DNA from: Syntrophorhabdaceae bacterium
Lineage (GTDB): Bacteria > Desulfobacterota > Syntrophorhabdia > Syntrophorhabdales > Syntrophorhabdaceae
DNA length: 64,000 nt
Direction: 5' to 3'
Assembly (NCBI GenBank): GCA_963666485.2
Contig: CAXXUO010000001.1
Span: 1-64,000 of the forward strand
Below are positions 27,395 through 40,122 of this stretch, in pieces (the stretch's first letter is position 1; each line of letters starts with the position of its first letter). A program made the position numbers and the translations under genes. The notes beneath the pieces were generated by a model. That model was not told the DNA's origin and ran no database searches. It saw nothing but the letters and a program-made list of their open reading frames with translations.

Positions 27395-27989
27395 CGATGT
27401 CTTCCCTCTTGAAGCCGAACTTCTTAATGAAATAATAGAGGCTTTCCCTCTTCACGCCGAGGAGCTTCGCGGATTTATAGATATTGAAATTCGTGTCCTT
27501 GAGGACCGTCAGGATAACGTTCTTCTCCGCCTCTTCACGGGCAGGCTGCAGCCCCTTGCCCACCTCGATACCGAAGCTCACCTTCGCCACGCCCTGGCGC
27601 GAGAGTTTCTGTTCCGTGTCCCGGAAAAGAATTGCCCGGTCGATGGAGAACATGAGCTGTTCCATGGAAACAGGCTTCATGAGATAATCGAAGGCCCCGG
27701 ACTTGATGGATTCGAGGGCCGCGCTCTCTGTCTTCTGCCCTGTAAGGATAATGCATTTGATGCCGAAGTTTTCGAGAATATAATGAAGGAGCCGTAAGCC
27801 TTCGTCGGGAGTGTTCTCGTTAGGAGGCAGCCCCAGGTCCAGAACGGCCAGGTTCACTCGTTCCGAATTAAGGATATACATCGCTTTCTGGACATTCTCC
27901 GCCTCGAGGACCTGGAAGCGTTCTTCAAGGGCGAACCGTATCTGGCCCCTGAGTGCGGCATCGTCTTCGGTAAGAAGGATGGTCTCCAT
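27381..27989 (-). CDS. Response regulator, REC plus Fis-type HTH without an AAA+ domain
   Basis: LDLGLPP receiver, C-terminal NIYKSAKLLGVKRESLY. Only 202 aa. Confidence 0.88.
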   Translation of the reverse strand: METILLTEDDAALRGQIRFALEERFQVLEAENVQKAMYILNSERVNLAVLDLGLPPNENTPDEGLRLLHYILENFGIKCIILTGQKTESAALESIKSGAFDYLMKPVSMEQLMFSIDRAILFRDTEQKLSRQGVAKVSFGIEVGKGLQPAREEAEKNVILTVLKDTNFNIYKSAKLLGVKRESLYYFIKKFGFKREDIDDDA

Positions 27990-28008
27990 TCGATTCTCTA
28001 TATTAGTA

Positions 28009-30324
28009 CTATGGGGTCTGTTTTGAAAGAGATTTTTTATCTTTGCGCCACAGCCAGACGCATAACAGTATTCCTACGAACGTCAGGCCGCAGCCAATAT
28101 AAAATGATACCGGCACATATCGAAAGACGATCGTATGTTTTCCGGCGGGCACCTCTATGGCCCTGAATGCCAGGTTTGCCCGGTATATTTTCGTTTCCTG
28201 TCCATCGACATATGCGCGCCACCCGGGATAGTATGTGTCGCTCACATAAAAGAATCCATCTCCGTCCGATTCCGATGTCAAAATGACCTCGTTCGGCCGG
28301 TATGACACAAGACGGATAAACCCCCGTGATGCCCTGTTTCCTGACTGACGCGGCACGGGCTGTAGTCCTGAAATTATAAGCTCTGTCTTAAAATCTGATT
28401 CGGGATTGATCATCCTGAGCATGACATCTTTCTCATCATCCATGAATTGAGCTTTCGGGAAGAAGAGGAACCTGCCGGGATATCCCCGATATTCGTAGAG
28501 ATAGACGTACTTATCATTCAATGTGTCTTTTTTTACGAGTATAAAATCCTTATCGGTCAGGGGATAGGAGAGGATGGCATACTTGATGCCCCCCACGTCC
28601 AGCAAACTGCGCGCCTGAACGATATTTTGTACGCAGTTGAAAAGCCCCAGGTATTTTTCGTGATGCCCGATGCGCATCACCTCTGCCCCGCCGATGCTGT
28701 ACAGTCCATACAATGCCGAATATGGTGCAACGAGATAATTCTTACCGATCAAAATGCTATTGAGCTCATTTTCTGTCTTGACCGAGACCATAAATCTTTC
28801 GGTCTCCGTATTATGCAGCAATTCGCGGGTGAACCCGTCCGGCTTTTCAAACCATTTCCAGGATGTCGTGCCATAAAAACCGTAACTGGCCAGAAAGAGG
28901 TCCGCTGTCAGGACGACCAGCACGAAACCCAGGGCAATCCTTTTTGCGCGAAGCCTGACATAGAGCAGCAGGCCTGTGCAGAAAAGGAAAGAGAACGCGA
29001 GGAAACGTTTTGCATTGTGCAGGTTGAACCAGATCTCATTGTACAGGGGAGGGCGCACGTTCCGCCGGGCAAGGAAGTCCACAACCTGGTCATGATAGAA
29101 ATTGAGAAAAGCCCATGAGAGAGCAAAAAGGAATCCCAGGTAGAAGAACGCGATGGTTAGCCGCCTTATCGTCCGGTCATTTTCTTTGAGCCCTGCTATC
29201 ACGGCGTCGAGGCCCATCGCGGCGACGGTGCTGACTGCGAAAAACAGCAGGAAAAGGAATTTTACAGGATAACGGACAGAACTGAAAGGAGGCATCTTGT
29301 GGAGCAGTTTATAGACCGGGGTATTTCCGCCGAGGCCCAGTATCAGGCTGAAGACAATAAGACCGAGAAAGAAATATTTCCTTTTGTCCCCCTTCACAAA
29401 ATAGACAAGTGCAAGAAGTACCGGCCCCAGCCCCAGGTAGACGGTCTTGAGCCAGGACTGGTTCAGCCAGTATTTTTGAAGATTCTGCGCATACCCGAAA
29501 ACATCGGGAAGAAAGAACTGGGCAAAATCCTTCCAGGCCAACGACCACGTTATTGCCTGGAGATAGGGCAGTCCCGACGACCTGATGCTCTGTTTGTGCA
29601 GTTCATAGAAGCTCGTCCACTGGACCCCGGACAACAGGATGAAGAGCCCGGCTATGAGGACAAGCCCGAAAGCCCGGCCCGTCAGTTTCGTGGGCCGTAC
29701 CGTGAACCACGGGACAAAAAATAATGATGCAAAGAGCACAACGCCCGTAAGGATGACGATCTCCGGGGCTCCCGCAAGGTATTGAAAGACGAGGAACAAC
29801 GCGCAAAGGACGCTATTCCGGTATTCTCCTGTTTCAAAGTACTTCAGGAAATAGAGGAGGATCAGGGGAAACCAGGATACCCCGAAAAGATGGGGAAGCA
29901 GATTGTGAACCGAGAGGAGGTATCCCGAAAGCATAAAGACCATCCCCCCGACCGCGGAAGAGAGTGGCGTGACTTTCATATAGCGCAGGAACGCGTACGT
30001 CGAGAAGGCCGCAAAAACGAAATGCAGGATGATGAGCCAGTTCCACACGACGTTGAAAGGGAGAAAGAGGTAGAAGACGTGGGGCGGATAGAGCACGCCC
30101 GGCTGAAGCGTCGCGAGAAGAGGGATGCCGGAATAGTTGTAAGGGTTCCAGAACGGGAATACGAGACTCTTTACCTGGGAGACCCAGAGAAACTTCGGAG
30201 GGATAAAAAAGGGCGCAAGGTCCCTCTCGCAAAAAATGAGTTTCGAGGAAAGCATCGGGTGAAAATAGACAACGCCAAGAAATAAAAAAAACAGGAGGGC
30301 GAAGAAATTTTTGGATCGGTTCAA
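28009..30324 (-). CDS. YfhO-family multi-TM protein (probable GT-C glycosyltransferase)
   Basis: PFWNPYNYSGIP, many TM helices, SDTYYPGWRAYVDG...ANLAFRAIEVPAGKH. Confidence 0.9.
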   Translation of the reverse strand: MNRSKNFFALLFFLFLGVVYFHPMLSSKLIFCERDLAPFFIPPKFLWVSQVKSLVFPFWNPYNYSGIPLLATLQPGVLYPPHVFYLFLPFNVVWNWLIILHFVFAAFSTYAFLRYMKVTPLSSAVGGMVFMLSGYLLSVHNLLPHLFGVSWFPLILLYFLKYFETGEYRNSVLCALFLVFQYLAGAPEIVILTGVVLFASLFFVPWFTVRPTKLTGRAFGLVLIAGLFILLSGVQWTSFYELHKQSIRSSGLPYLQAITWSLAWKDFAQFFLPDVFGYAQNLQKYWLNQSWLKTVYLGLGPVLLALVYFVKGDKRKYFFLGLIVFSLILGLGGNTPVYKLLHKMPPFSSVRYPVKFLFLLFFAVSTVAAMGLDAVIAGLKENDRTIRRLTIAFFYLGFLFALSWAFLNFYHDQVVDFLARRNVRPPLYNEIWFNLHNAKRFLAFSFLFCTGLLLYVRLRAKRIALGFVLVVLTADLFLASYGFYGTTSWKWFEKPDGFTRELLHNTETERFMVSVKTENELNSILIGKNYLVAPYSALYGLYSIGGAEVMRIGHHEKYLGLFNCVQNIVQARSLLDVGGIKYAILSYPLTDKDFILVKKDTLNDKYVYLYEYRGYPGRFLFFPKAQFMDDEKDVMLRMINPESDFKTELIISGLQPVPRQSGNRASRGFIRLVSYRPNEVILTSESDGDGFFYVSDTYYPGWRAYVDGQETKIYRANLAFRAIEVPAGKHTIVFRYVPVSFYIGCGLTFVGILLCVWLWRKDKKSLSKQTP

Positions 30325-30365
30325 ATCATATGGGTACGAAATATTCTTGCCTGGGCCCTACACCT

Positions 30366-30788
30366 TTACCAGGTCGTGCACCGATCGGCCGGCGTACCGG
30401 CGGACGCACTGGAACACACAATGGATGCTGGAGTGGTCGGCAACGAGGCCGCTGTATTTATTGTCAATGTATATGTTGCAGCGCCGGGGACCTGGATCTG
30501 GACCTGGCTCGCGTCGGTGGCCGCAAGCGTGACCCCCTGAATACTCGCAGCGCCTATAATATCACCCATCGTGTAAGCAGCGGCCGTACCCTTGATATTA
30601 TACTGGGCGAACAGGATACCGCTCGCGCCGCGCAGTGCACTCAGGACGCCTTTGGCCGTTGCATCACCGGCATCCTGCTTGATCTCGAGGTATTTCGGCA
30701 AAGCCACGGCTGCAAGGATACCGATTATGATAATGACGATGATCAGTTCTATCAGGGTAAAACCTTTGTTATTCTTAAGAGTCTTCAT
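30366..30788 (-). CDS. Type IV major pilin (MshA/PilA-like)
   Basis: [27 protein letters not shown]-terminal Cys pair, GGAGG RBS. Confidence 0.93.
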   Translation of the reverse strand: MKTLKNNKGFTLIELIIVIIIIGILAAVALPKYLEIKQDAGDATAKGVLSALRGASGILFAQYNIKGTAAAYTMGDIIGAASIQGVTLAATDASQVQIQVPGAATYTLTINTAASLPTTPASIVCSSASAGTPADRCTTW

Positions 30789-30831
30789 AAAAGATCCTCC
30801 CGGTAATTGCTATATATGCTGCTGTCTATGT

Positions 30832-30847
30832 TGCAAATGCAATGCCA
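30832..30847 (-). promoter_or_regulatory. Sigma54 (-24/-12) promoter of the pilin gene
   Basis: Minus strand TGGCATTGCATTTGCA (GG-N10-GC), adjacent to a sigma54 activator gene. Confidence 0.8.
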
Positions 30848-31024
30848 TAAATGATTTTTTTTCAGTTTGGCTGATGAATGCCTTTTTATAACGCCCTGCC
30901 TGCCAAAAAGCAACAAAAACCGCTCAAGTTAATGGCCCGGAACATCGTGACGGCACGCTTGATAACGGGAAACAACAATTTTTGTGACATCGTACTACAA
31001 TTTTTGTAGTTCCGCGAGCTAATG

Positions 31025-32371
31025 TCATATGCCGATCTCGTATTTTTTCACGCGGTACCACATGCTTCTGTCGGAAATCCCGAGAAGCCGCGCCGCCTTT
31101 GTCTGGGACCCGTTCGATTTTTTCAGGGCATCGATGATCATGGTCCTTTCGAGCGCAGAGATCGCGTCGTCAAGCAGGGTATACGAATCGACCGACCCTG
31201 AAAGAAAATGCTCGGCCCGAAGATGCAAAGGAAGATCATCGAGTCCGATCACGTCGCCATCGCACATGACCGAGGCCCGTTTGATCGTCCCGATGAGTTC
31301 CCGGGTATTGCCCGGCCAGGGATAGTCCGCGAGCACTTTCATGGCATCCTCGGACACCATCAGCACCCTGCCCGTATCGTTCTCTATGTTTCTCAGGACG
31401 AAATCCACGAGGACCTGGATGTCGTCACGTCTCTCGCGCAGAGGCGGGACCCGTATATGTATCTGGGAGAGCCGGAAAAAAAGGTCTTCCCGAAACTTGC
31501 CTTCCTGTATCTCATTTTCGAGAACGCGATTTGTCGTCGAAATAATATGTATATCGACCTTGTTAGGCTTTGTGGAGCCGAGGTGTTCTACCTCCTGCTT
31601 TTCGACGACTCTCAGCAATTTTGCCTGAAGATAGGGGCTCATCTCGCCGATCTCATCAAGGACTACACTCCCGCCATGGGCCACCTCGAATTTCCCGGCC
31701 TTCTGCTGAGTTGCCCCTGTGAAAGCACCCTTCTCGTAGCCGAAAAGCTCGCTCTCCAGAAGATTGTCCGGTATAGATGCGCAATTGACAACAATGAACT
31801 CTCCCTTGCGCTTTGAAAGAACGTGGATAAGTTTCGCTATCTCCTCTTTACCGGACCCCGTCTCGCCGGTGATGAGGACGTTAAGTCCCTTCCCCGCTAT
31901 CTTTTCCGCTTCCTTGAAGATATCCTTCATCTGCGGGGACCGTCCGACCACCCCATGGAAAACGTGATTTTCCAATTCTTTTTCGCGAAGAAGCTCCACT
32001 TCTTTTTTTAACCGCCGCGTGCCGAGGACCCTTTTCAGGATGACCTTCAGTTCGTCGAGAAGGATGGGCTTCACAAAGAAATCCGTTGCGCCCCTTTTGA
32101 TGGCATCGAGAGCGTTCTTTTTCGTGCCGTAGGCCGTAATGATAAGTATGGGGACATCAAACCTTGCCTTTATGGCGCTTGTTGCCGAGAGGCCGTCGAG
32201 CCCCGGCAGGCTGATGTCCATTATGACAAGGTCGATATTGTTTCCAATCGAACGGTAGGCGTCCTCGTAACTTTCAAAGGCGTTTACCCTGTAGCCTTCC
32301 CCTTTCAGGGCCTCTTCCAGGAAGAACCGGACGCCTGCGTCATCCTCTATTATCACGATCCGTTCGCTCAT
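31025..32371 (-). CDS. Sigma54-dependent response regulator (PilR/NtrC-like)
   Basis: REC, GETGSGKE, GAFTGA, WPGN, Fis HTH. Confidence 0.95.
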   Translation of the reverse strand: MSERIVIIEDDAGVRFFLEEALKGEGYRVNAFESYEDAYRSIGNNIDLVIMDISLPGLDGLSATSAIKARFDVPILIITAYGTKKNALDAIKRGATDFFVKPILLDELKVILKRVLGTRRLKKEVELLREKELENHVFHGVVGRSPQMKDIFKEAEKIAGKGLNVLITGETGSGKEEIAKLIHVLSKRKGEFIVVNCASIPDNLLESELFGYEKGAFTGATQQKAGKFEVAHGGSVVLDEIGEMSPYLQAKLLRVVEKQEVEHLGSTKPNKVDIHIISTTNRVLENEIQEGKFREDLFFRLSQIHIRVPPLRERRDDIQVLVDFVLRNIENDTGRVLMVSEDAMKVLADYPWPGNTRELIGTIKRASVMCDGDVIGLDDLPLHLRAEHFLSGSVDSYTLLDDAISALERTMIIDALKKSNGSQTKAARLLGISDRSMWYRVKKYEIGI

Positions 32372-32387
32372 GCTTTCCTTGAATATG

Positions 32388-33458
32388 TCAGTTAACGGCC
32401 GGTTGCGCCGTCATTTTCTCCAATGCCTGCCCGGCGGCGTTGTGCACGGGCAGCTCGATCGTGAACGACGTGCCGGACTCCGAGCTCCCGACCTTGATAT
32501 CCCCGCCATGGAGCTTCATATTGCGCATCCCGATGAAAAGGCCCAATCCTTTGCCTTCCTTTTTCCTCGTGAAGAAAGGCTTGAAAATAGAATCATAATC
32601 CTCCGGCAGTATCCGGGAATTTTTATTCGATATTACGATGGAGATGTTCTTTTCGTCCTGGCGCACATCGATCTTTACTGTGCCGCCGTCTTTTTCGTAC
32701 CCCGCCGCATTCTTGAGAATGTTATAGATCACCTGGTAAAGCTTCACCTTGTCAGCGAAGCAGATAAGTTTTCCCTTTTTGAGATCGATACGAACATCCT
32801 CATAGGCCTCGGCTATCGCTTCGACGGAGTCCTCTATGACCTCGTACAGATCGAACTGTTCCCCTGAAAATTCGTTGTCGGTAAAATCAAGGAGCTCCCG
32901 GGTGAAGATATCTATCTTCTTTGACGCATCGAGCATCGCCGCTATATATCGTTTCTGGGACTCGTCGGTTATCCTCTGTTTCAAGAGCTCACTCATGCCC
33001 GTGATCGTATTGAGGGGGTTGCGCACCTCGTGTGCAACCATGAGCGACATGTACCCGAGAGGGATGATATAGTCCAATTTTTCCATGCTTTCGATGAGCC
33101 CCCTGCGCTCGCTTTCGTCGGCACGGGTCTGAACATGTTCCATCAGGCGCTCGATGAGATTATAGACCTCCAGCATCTGCCCGCGCTCGTGCCTGAATTC
33201 CTCGAGCCGGACAAAGCTCTCCGCTTTCTTTACCAGGTCATTGATCGGCTGCATGACGGCGCGAACGATCACGAGTGTACACAGGGCGGAAAAAAGGCAT
33301 ACGCCGAAGATCCATGCCCACCCGACATTCCCCTTCGTAGAAGCGATGACGTTGAGAGCGATGGTCACGGCAAAGAGGCTTGTCAGGAATGACACGAGCG
33401 GTATCAAGGTATTGAGGCTGTAGCGCAAATTGCCCGGGTCCTTGAAGAAGCCTTTCAA
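32388..33458 (-). CDS. Membrane sensor histidine kinase (PilS-like by context)
   Basis: Two TMs, AHEVRNPL, NILKNA, FFT, GKGLGL. Probable TTG start overlaps the upstream stop. Confidence 0.88.
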   Translation of the reverse strand: MKGFFKDPGNLRYSLNTLIPLVSFLTSLFAVTIALNVIASTKGNVGWAWIFGVCLFSALCTLVIVRAVMQPINDLVKKAESFVRLEEFRHERGQMLEVYNLIERLMEHVQTRADESERRGLIESMEKLDYIIPLGYMSLMVAHEVRNPLNTITGMSELLKQRITDESQKRYIAAMLDASKKIDIFTRELLDFTDNEFSGEQFDLYEVIEDSVEAIAEAYEDVRIDLKKGKLICFADKVKLYQVIYNILKNAAGYEKDGGTVKIDVRQDEKNISIVISNKNSRILPEDYDSIFKPFFTRKKEGKGLGLFIGMRNMKLHGGDIKVGSSESGTSFTIELPVHNAAGQALEKMTAQPAVN

Positions 33459-34681
33459 CCGGCACCCCTCATGGCGCTCATGATGTTCCACCAGGGCATG
33501 AATATGGCAAGTGCGAGAAACAGGACCATTCCGGCAAGCCCCACGGTCAGGATGGGCTCGATGTAGGCCGACAGCCTGCCGACCGTGTACGTCACCTCCC
33601 GGTCGTAGTGCATGGAGATCTCTCTCAACATGTCTTCGAGCGACCCCGTTTCTTCCCCCGTCGCGATAAGATGGATAACAAGGGGCGGGAATATCTTCGC
33701 ATCCTTCAACGGCCGCGCTATGCCATGTCCTTTCTCGATGTTCTCCGCTATCTCGAGGACCTTTCGCGCGATAAATTCATTGCCGACCGTCCGCGAGACA
33801 ATATCGAGGGTCCGTATGATGGGCACACCTGAACTGACAAGATTCTCGAGGGTGAACGCGAACCGGCTCATGCATGTCTTCAGGACGATCTCGCCGATAA
33901 GAGGTATCTTAAGCTTCAATACATCGATGGCATATTTCCCGCCGGCACTTCTCTTGTATAAGAAAAATGCGACGATCAATGCGGCGAGGATGACGAAAGA
34001 GACCCCGAGATATTTCTGGAAGATATCGTTGATCACGAGGAGAATCTGCGTGGGAAGCGGCAGAGCTATCTTGGCGCTGCGGAACAACGGCGCGAATTTA
34101 GGCACAACGACGTTGACGAGTATGATGAACGCCGAGACCAGCGTTATCACAACGAAGGTCGGGTACCGCATGGCGGATTTGATCGTTTCCTTCGTCTTCA
34201 TCTGGAATTCCAAAAGGGCCGACAATCTTTCCAGGACTTCTTCCAGGCTGCCGCTCGTCTCCCCGGAACGCACCATTGCCACGTAGATCTCGGAAAACAC
34301 TCCTTTGTGTTTCGCGAGTGCGTCGGAAAAACTTGACCCCTTGTCAATGTCCTGTGCCACGGCCGTTATCGCTTTTTGTAAGCGGGGATTCGACGTCTGC
34401 TCCGAGAGCGCCCTCAAACCCGATACGATGGGTATGGCCGATTTTACCACCGTCCGGAGCTGCCGCGTAAAGAATATGAGGTCGTCGAACTTGACGCGCT
34501 GGAAACGCGCCAGGATATCTTCGGACGATCCCGAAGCGGCTTTGCCTGTTTCCTTCGCTGAGACGGGGATATAGCCCATCGAGTCGAGCTGCATCATAGC
34601 TTCCCGCTGTGTTGCAGCCTCGATGTTCCCCTGGACCATGAGGCCTCTTTCATCGCGGGCCTTATATGCGAATGTGGCCAT
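33455..34681 (-). CDS. Type II/IV secretion platform protein (PilC/GspF/MshG)
   Basis: FTRQL, GETSGSL, AMRYP, GEETGSL, IEP. Confidence 0.95.
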   Translation of the reverse strand: MATFAYKARDERGLMVQGNIEAATQREAMMQLDSMGYIPVSAKETGKAASGSSEDILARFQRVKFDDLIFFTRQLRTVVKSAIPIVSGLRALSEQTSNPRLQKAITAVAQDIDKGSSFSDALAKHKGVFSEIYVAMVRSGETSGSLEEVLERLSALLEFQMKTKETIKSAMRYPTFVVITLVSAFIILVNVVVPKFAPLFRSAKIALPLPTQILLVINDIFQKYLGVSFVILAALIVAFFLYKRSAGGKYAIDVLKLKIPLIGEIVLKTCMSRFAFTLENLVSSGVPIIRTLDIVSRTVGNEFIARKVLEIAENIEKGHGIARPLKDAKIFPPLVIHLIATGEETGSLEDMLREISMHYDREVTYTVGRLSAYIEPILTVGLAGMVLFLALAIFMPWWNIMSAMRGAG

Positions 34682-34696
34682 AATTATCGTGTGCCT

Positions 34697-36390
<1,694 letters not shown>

Positions 36391-36391
<1 letters not shown>

Positions 36392-37467
36392 TATCTCTTT
36401 CCCCTTTCCTCAAGATAGCGCAGCCTCTCGAGAGCCCCGTCCCTTTCCCGGGAGGATTTCGCCAGGCTTAAGTATTGACGGTAGTACTTTATCGCATCAG
36501 CGGACTGCCCCATATTGTCCTTTGCTACGGCATATGCCAGGTAAAGGTTAACGTCCCTGACATTCTTGTTTATCGGGACCTCGAGGACCCTGGCTGCTTC
36601 CGCATATTTCTTTCCCGTTCTGAAGAGCGCCGCGAGATTCAGGTACGGTTCGAGGCTTTCCGGTTCCAGGGAAATGGCCTTTCGGAAATATTCTTCCGCC
36701 AGACCGGGATCATCGGTTATCAGGAGGAGCCCGATGTTATTATATGCCTTCGGGTAATTAGGGCGATATTCGAGCACTTTTTTGAAATAGGTCACGGCAT
36801 CTTTTCTGTTTCCCAGGGACGCGCAAACGATGCCCATATTATTGAGGGCCTCTACGTGGTCCGGCTTGCGACCGAGGACAACCAGAAACGCCTTCTGCGC
36901 CTCTTTGTACTGACCCGCGGCCATTAGCTGGAGGGCCTCGTTGTATTGCCTGTTTATTGAATCGTCTTCCATCTTCCGGGCAGGTGTATACCGTATCAGC
37001 TCGTCTTCCGCGGCCGGCTGTGCAGCCTTCGACCTTTTGGAAGGGCGCTCGGGTTTGAAGGCAACGTCACTGACATCGGGTGCCGGAACTGAAGCCGCAT
37101 TGACGGTCTTGGGTGCGTCCTTTACGGCAGTCAGGGCCTGTGTATTTGCGGCCACCTGTACGGCCGGTGCAGCCGGTTTCGCGGCTGCCGGCTGGGTTTC
37201 AGGGGTCTTCTGCGGGGCAGGCTTTACCGGCACAGCAGCCTGGGCAGCAGTCTTGACACCCGCCATCTGCTGCTGCGGTGTTTTCTTCTGGTGAAAAGCG
37301 GGGATATAGAGGTACGCAATAATAACTACCGCCACCAGGGCAACAATTCCGATCACGATGTATGGCGGCTTTTTCTTCGGCTCAGGCGCATTGCCGAAAG
37401 GGACACCATCCGGCTTATCCTTTCTGTCTTCCTGCGCCTTTTTCAGGGCATCATGGATTATGCTCAT
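36391..37467 (-). CDS. TPR protein (MshN/GspB-like)
   Basis: MSIIHDALKKA N-terminus, TM, Pro/Ala linker, TPR repeats. Confidence 0.85.
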
Positions 37468-37482
37468 TACGTACCCTTACCC

Positions 37483-38952
37483 TTACCTGTCATGAATTAT
37501 TTTTGGCGTCAGGAACAGCACCAGCTCGGTGTTACGTTTTTCTTCCGTGTCGGCCCTGAAGAGAGGACCGAGGAGCGGAATGTTGGCGAGACCGAATACG
37601 CCCGTCCTGTCCTTGTATTTTCTTTCCTGTATGAGACCGGCGATAACCACGGTCTCCCCATCTTTTACCCGCACGATCGTGTCCGCTTCCCTGGTTGTGA
37701 TAATCGGTACACCGACCGTCGTTTCTATAATATCGCCCGACTGTTTGGGATAGGGCACCGTACCGGAAAGGGTTGAATAAACCGGGTGTATGCTGAGGAT
37801 TATGTTATTGTTCTCATCTATCTGGGGTATAACATCAAGCGCAACGCCGGTATTCAAGAATTTCGGGGTGTACGTCGCCAGCGTGCCGCTCGTGGTGTTC
37901 GATTGGGTCTGGTCGAAATACACCTCCTGCGTGGTCGCTTTTATGACGGCCCGTTGATTGTTGAGGGTAGCGACCTTGGGGCTCGAAAGCACCTCCACTT
38001 TATAATCCTTCTGAAGTGCCTCGATATAAGTATTCGTTATATTCAGGTCACCGGACGCGATGGAACCGGCATTGAACTGGACGATATTCTCCGTGATGGA
38101 GAAATCGCTCGGCCGGGGGAAATACTGCCGGGCGGAGATATTCGCAAATTGCCCTATCCGTACATTGACCATCTGCCAGTTAATACCGACGCGTGACCCT
38201 GCGGCCAGTATGACCTCGACGATCTTAGCCTCGATCATGATCTGCCGGTGCATCGGCCCTTCGAGGCTGTCGAGAAAGAGGGAAACCTGCTTGAGGTTCT
38301 TCGGGTAGTCGAGGACCATGATCGTGAAGGCCTGCCGGTTTACCGCAAATTTTCCGTCCGGCGAAAGAATGGACTTCATGTTGTCTTCAAGGTTCTTCCA
38401 GAGGTCGGTTTCACTCTCACTTCTTATGTCTATGGTCCTGTCCTGCGCGCTCGTTGTGCTTCCGCCCGTCGTCGTGCTCGATGAACTTCCTTCCCTCCAC
38501 TGGACCCGGCTCACGGACGACTTTTTCAAGGAAAGATAATTTACCGTGAAGAGCTTTGTCTCAAGTTTCGGTTTCGAGACATACACGGTCCTGCCTTCGA
38601 TCTTATAGGTGTAATTGAGAGGCTCGAGAATATACTCAAGTGCCTTGGGGAGGGTGACCTGCTTGAGGTCGACCGTGGTCGTACCCCGCACATCCGGTTC
38701 GATCACCACGTTGTAGTCCGTCTGTTTGGCGATCGCCCGCAGGATGTCCTTGACGTCGGCCTCCCTCAACGAAAAAGAATAAAGGTCATCTGTCTGCTTC
38801 GTTACCACCTTCTGTTCCCTGTCCGCCTGGAATGAAACCGGGCTCGGTATATCCGGCGGTTTCGGTACGTCTTTCGTATCAAGCGCGTTCTGCGTACTCG
38901 CGCACGACACCAGGAAACAGAGAAGTATTAAAGGGATCCATCGTATTTTCAT
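37483..38952 (-). CDS. mshL: Lipoprotein secretin (MshL-type)
   Basis: Lipobox LVSC, STN domain, Ser/Thr-rich linker, QIMIEAKIVEV, TVVIAGLI, TELVLFLTP. Confidence 0.88.
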   Translation of the reverse strand: MKIRWIPLILLCFLVSCASTQNALDTKDVPKPPDIPSPVSFQADREQKVVTKQTDDLYSFSLREADVKDILRAIAKQTDYNVVIEPDVRGTTTVDLKQVTLPKALEYILEPLNYTYKIEGRTVYVSKPKLETKLFTVNYLSLKKSSVSRVQWREGSSSSTTTGGSTTSAQDRTIDIRSESETDLWKNLEDNMKSILSPDGKFAVNRQAFTIMVLDYPKNLKQVSLFLDSLEGPMHRQIMIEAKIVEVILAAGSRVGINWQMVNVRIGQFANISARQYFPRPSDFSITENIVQFNAGSIASGDLNITNTYIEALQKDYKVEVLSSPKVATLNNQRAVIKATTQEVYFDQTQSNTTSGTLATYTPKFLNTGVALDVIPQIDENNNIILSIHPVYSTLSGTVPYPKQSGDIIETTVGVPIITTREADTIVRVKDGETVVIAGLIQERKYKDRTGVFGLANIPLLGPLFRADTEEKRNTELVLFLTPKIIHDR

Positions 38953-39581
38953 TTGGCCTTCTCCGTCGGTTTGTCTTTTGCAGGCAATTCCTCTTTTACC
39001 GGCTTTGATTCCTGGGTCACGGTATCGGGGTCAGCGAGGACCAGGGTCCTTTTAATGCCGCCCCGGGCCAGTACGACCCTGTCTTTACCTATATCGACAA
39101 CCTTTTCATTGCCGATAAGATCGCCCTTCTTTACGACTTCTTTATCGATGACCGCTACGCGGCTGCCCCCTCTTTCGAGGATGGCCACAAGCCTTACCGC
39201 CGAACCGGCTTCTTTTTTTCTTTTTTCCGTAAATACCGGCAGCGCAAAAGGATCGGACGCCCAACTGACATTGATCTTGTTGAATTGCGGTTTTGGCTGG
39301 ACCTGCGCAGGGGGTGCATCCCCGGGTTTCGCCGGGGCTTGCGGGCCTGCCGCCTGAGGCGCCTGGGCCTGCTGCTGCTGAGTTTGCTGCTGCGGTTGGC
39401 CCGCCGGGACGGGCTGACCGGGTTTTGCCGGGGCTCCTTGCTGGCCCGCGGGCTGCACCTGTGCCTGGGCAGGAGGCTGAACAGGGCCTTTCGGTTTTTT
39501 CTTTCCGGTGAAGAATTGAACGTATCCGGCGATAAGCAGGATCACGATACCGAAGATGAGGACCGGTTTACTTACCTTCAC
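38949..39581 (-). CDS. Pilus assembly protein (PilP/MshK-like)
   Basis: TM, Pro/Gln linker, DPF motif, AVID...GDLI. Operon position. Confidence 0.7.
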   Translation of the reverse strand: MKVSKPVLIFGIVILLIAGYVQFFTGKKKPKGPVQPPAQAQVQPAGQQGAPAKPGQPVPAGQPQQQTQQQQAQAPQAAGPQAPAKPGDAPPAQVQPKPQFNKINVSWASDPFALPVFTEKRKKEAGSAVRLVAILERGGSRVAVIDKEVVKKGDLIGNEKVVDIGKDRVVLARGGIKRTLVLADPDTVTQESKPVKEELPAKDKPTEKAK

Positions 39582-40122
39582 CTGGCCTCCCTTTCAGTGC
39601 TTTGAACTCAACAACAAACCTGCCCGCCAAAACTGTACTGTCCTTATCATCAAAAGCGATGCGGGCCTTCTGAACCCCTTTGAAGGCAGTCTTGTTCGAT
39701 ATCTCTTCGAGGAATTTCCCTATGTCAAGAAACTCCCCCTTTATATTCATTTCAAAAACGGGGTTGACAATACCCCTGTGGGCCGAATCCAGGGAATTGT
39801 AGTTCCCGTTGAGGTTCCCGACCGCCATGCCTTTTGACCTGGCGTCGCGCAACAGGCCGCTCATAAACCCCGGCATCCTGTCTATACTCGGCGTCTGGGC
39901 CAGAAATTCGTTGTACGCTTTCCTGGCATTCTCCTGCGTCTGGACCCGCTGGGACATCGTCATGATGCTGGTTTCCATGTCCTTGCGTTCCTTCAGGATC
40001 GCGTTGATCATACCCTGTTTCTTTTTAGCCCCCGCCTCTATGGGAAGGTAGATGGCGAGTGCCCACACCACGATCATGGCGAGAGGTATACCGAACCATA
40101 TAGCGAGTTTTTTATAGTTCAT
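39568..40122 (-). CDS. PilO/MshJ-like assembly protein
   Basis: TM, coiled coil, GEFLDIGKFL. Confidence 0.8.
   Translation of the reverse strand: MNYKKLAIWFGIPLAMIVVWALAIYLPIEAGAKKKQGMINAILKERKDMETSIMTMSQRVQTQENARKAYNEFLAQTPSIDRMPGFMSGLLRDARSKGMAVGNLNGNYNSLDSAHRGIVNPVFEMNIKGEFLDIGKFLEEISNKTAFKGVQKARIAFDDKDSTVLAGRFVVEFKALKGRPGEGK

Noticed and set aside
30366..30788. Electrically conductive (e-)pilin
   Set aside because: Full-length pilin with few aromatic residues and long aromatic-free gaps.
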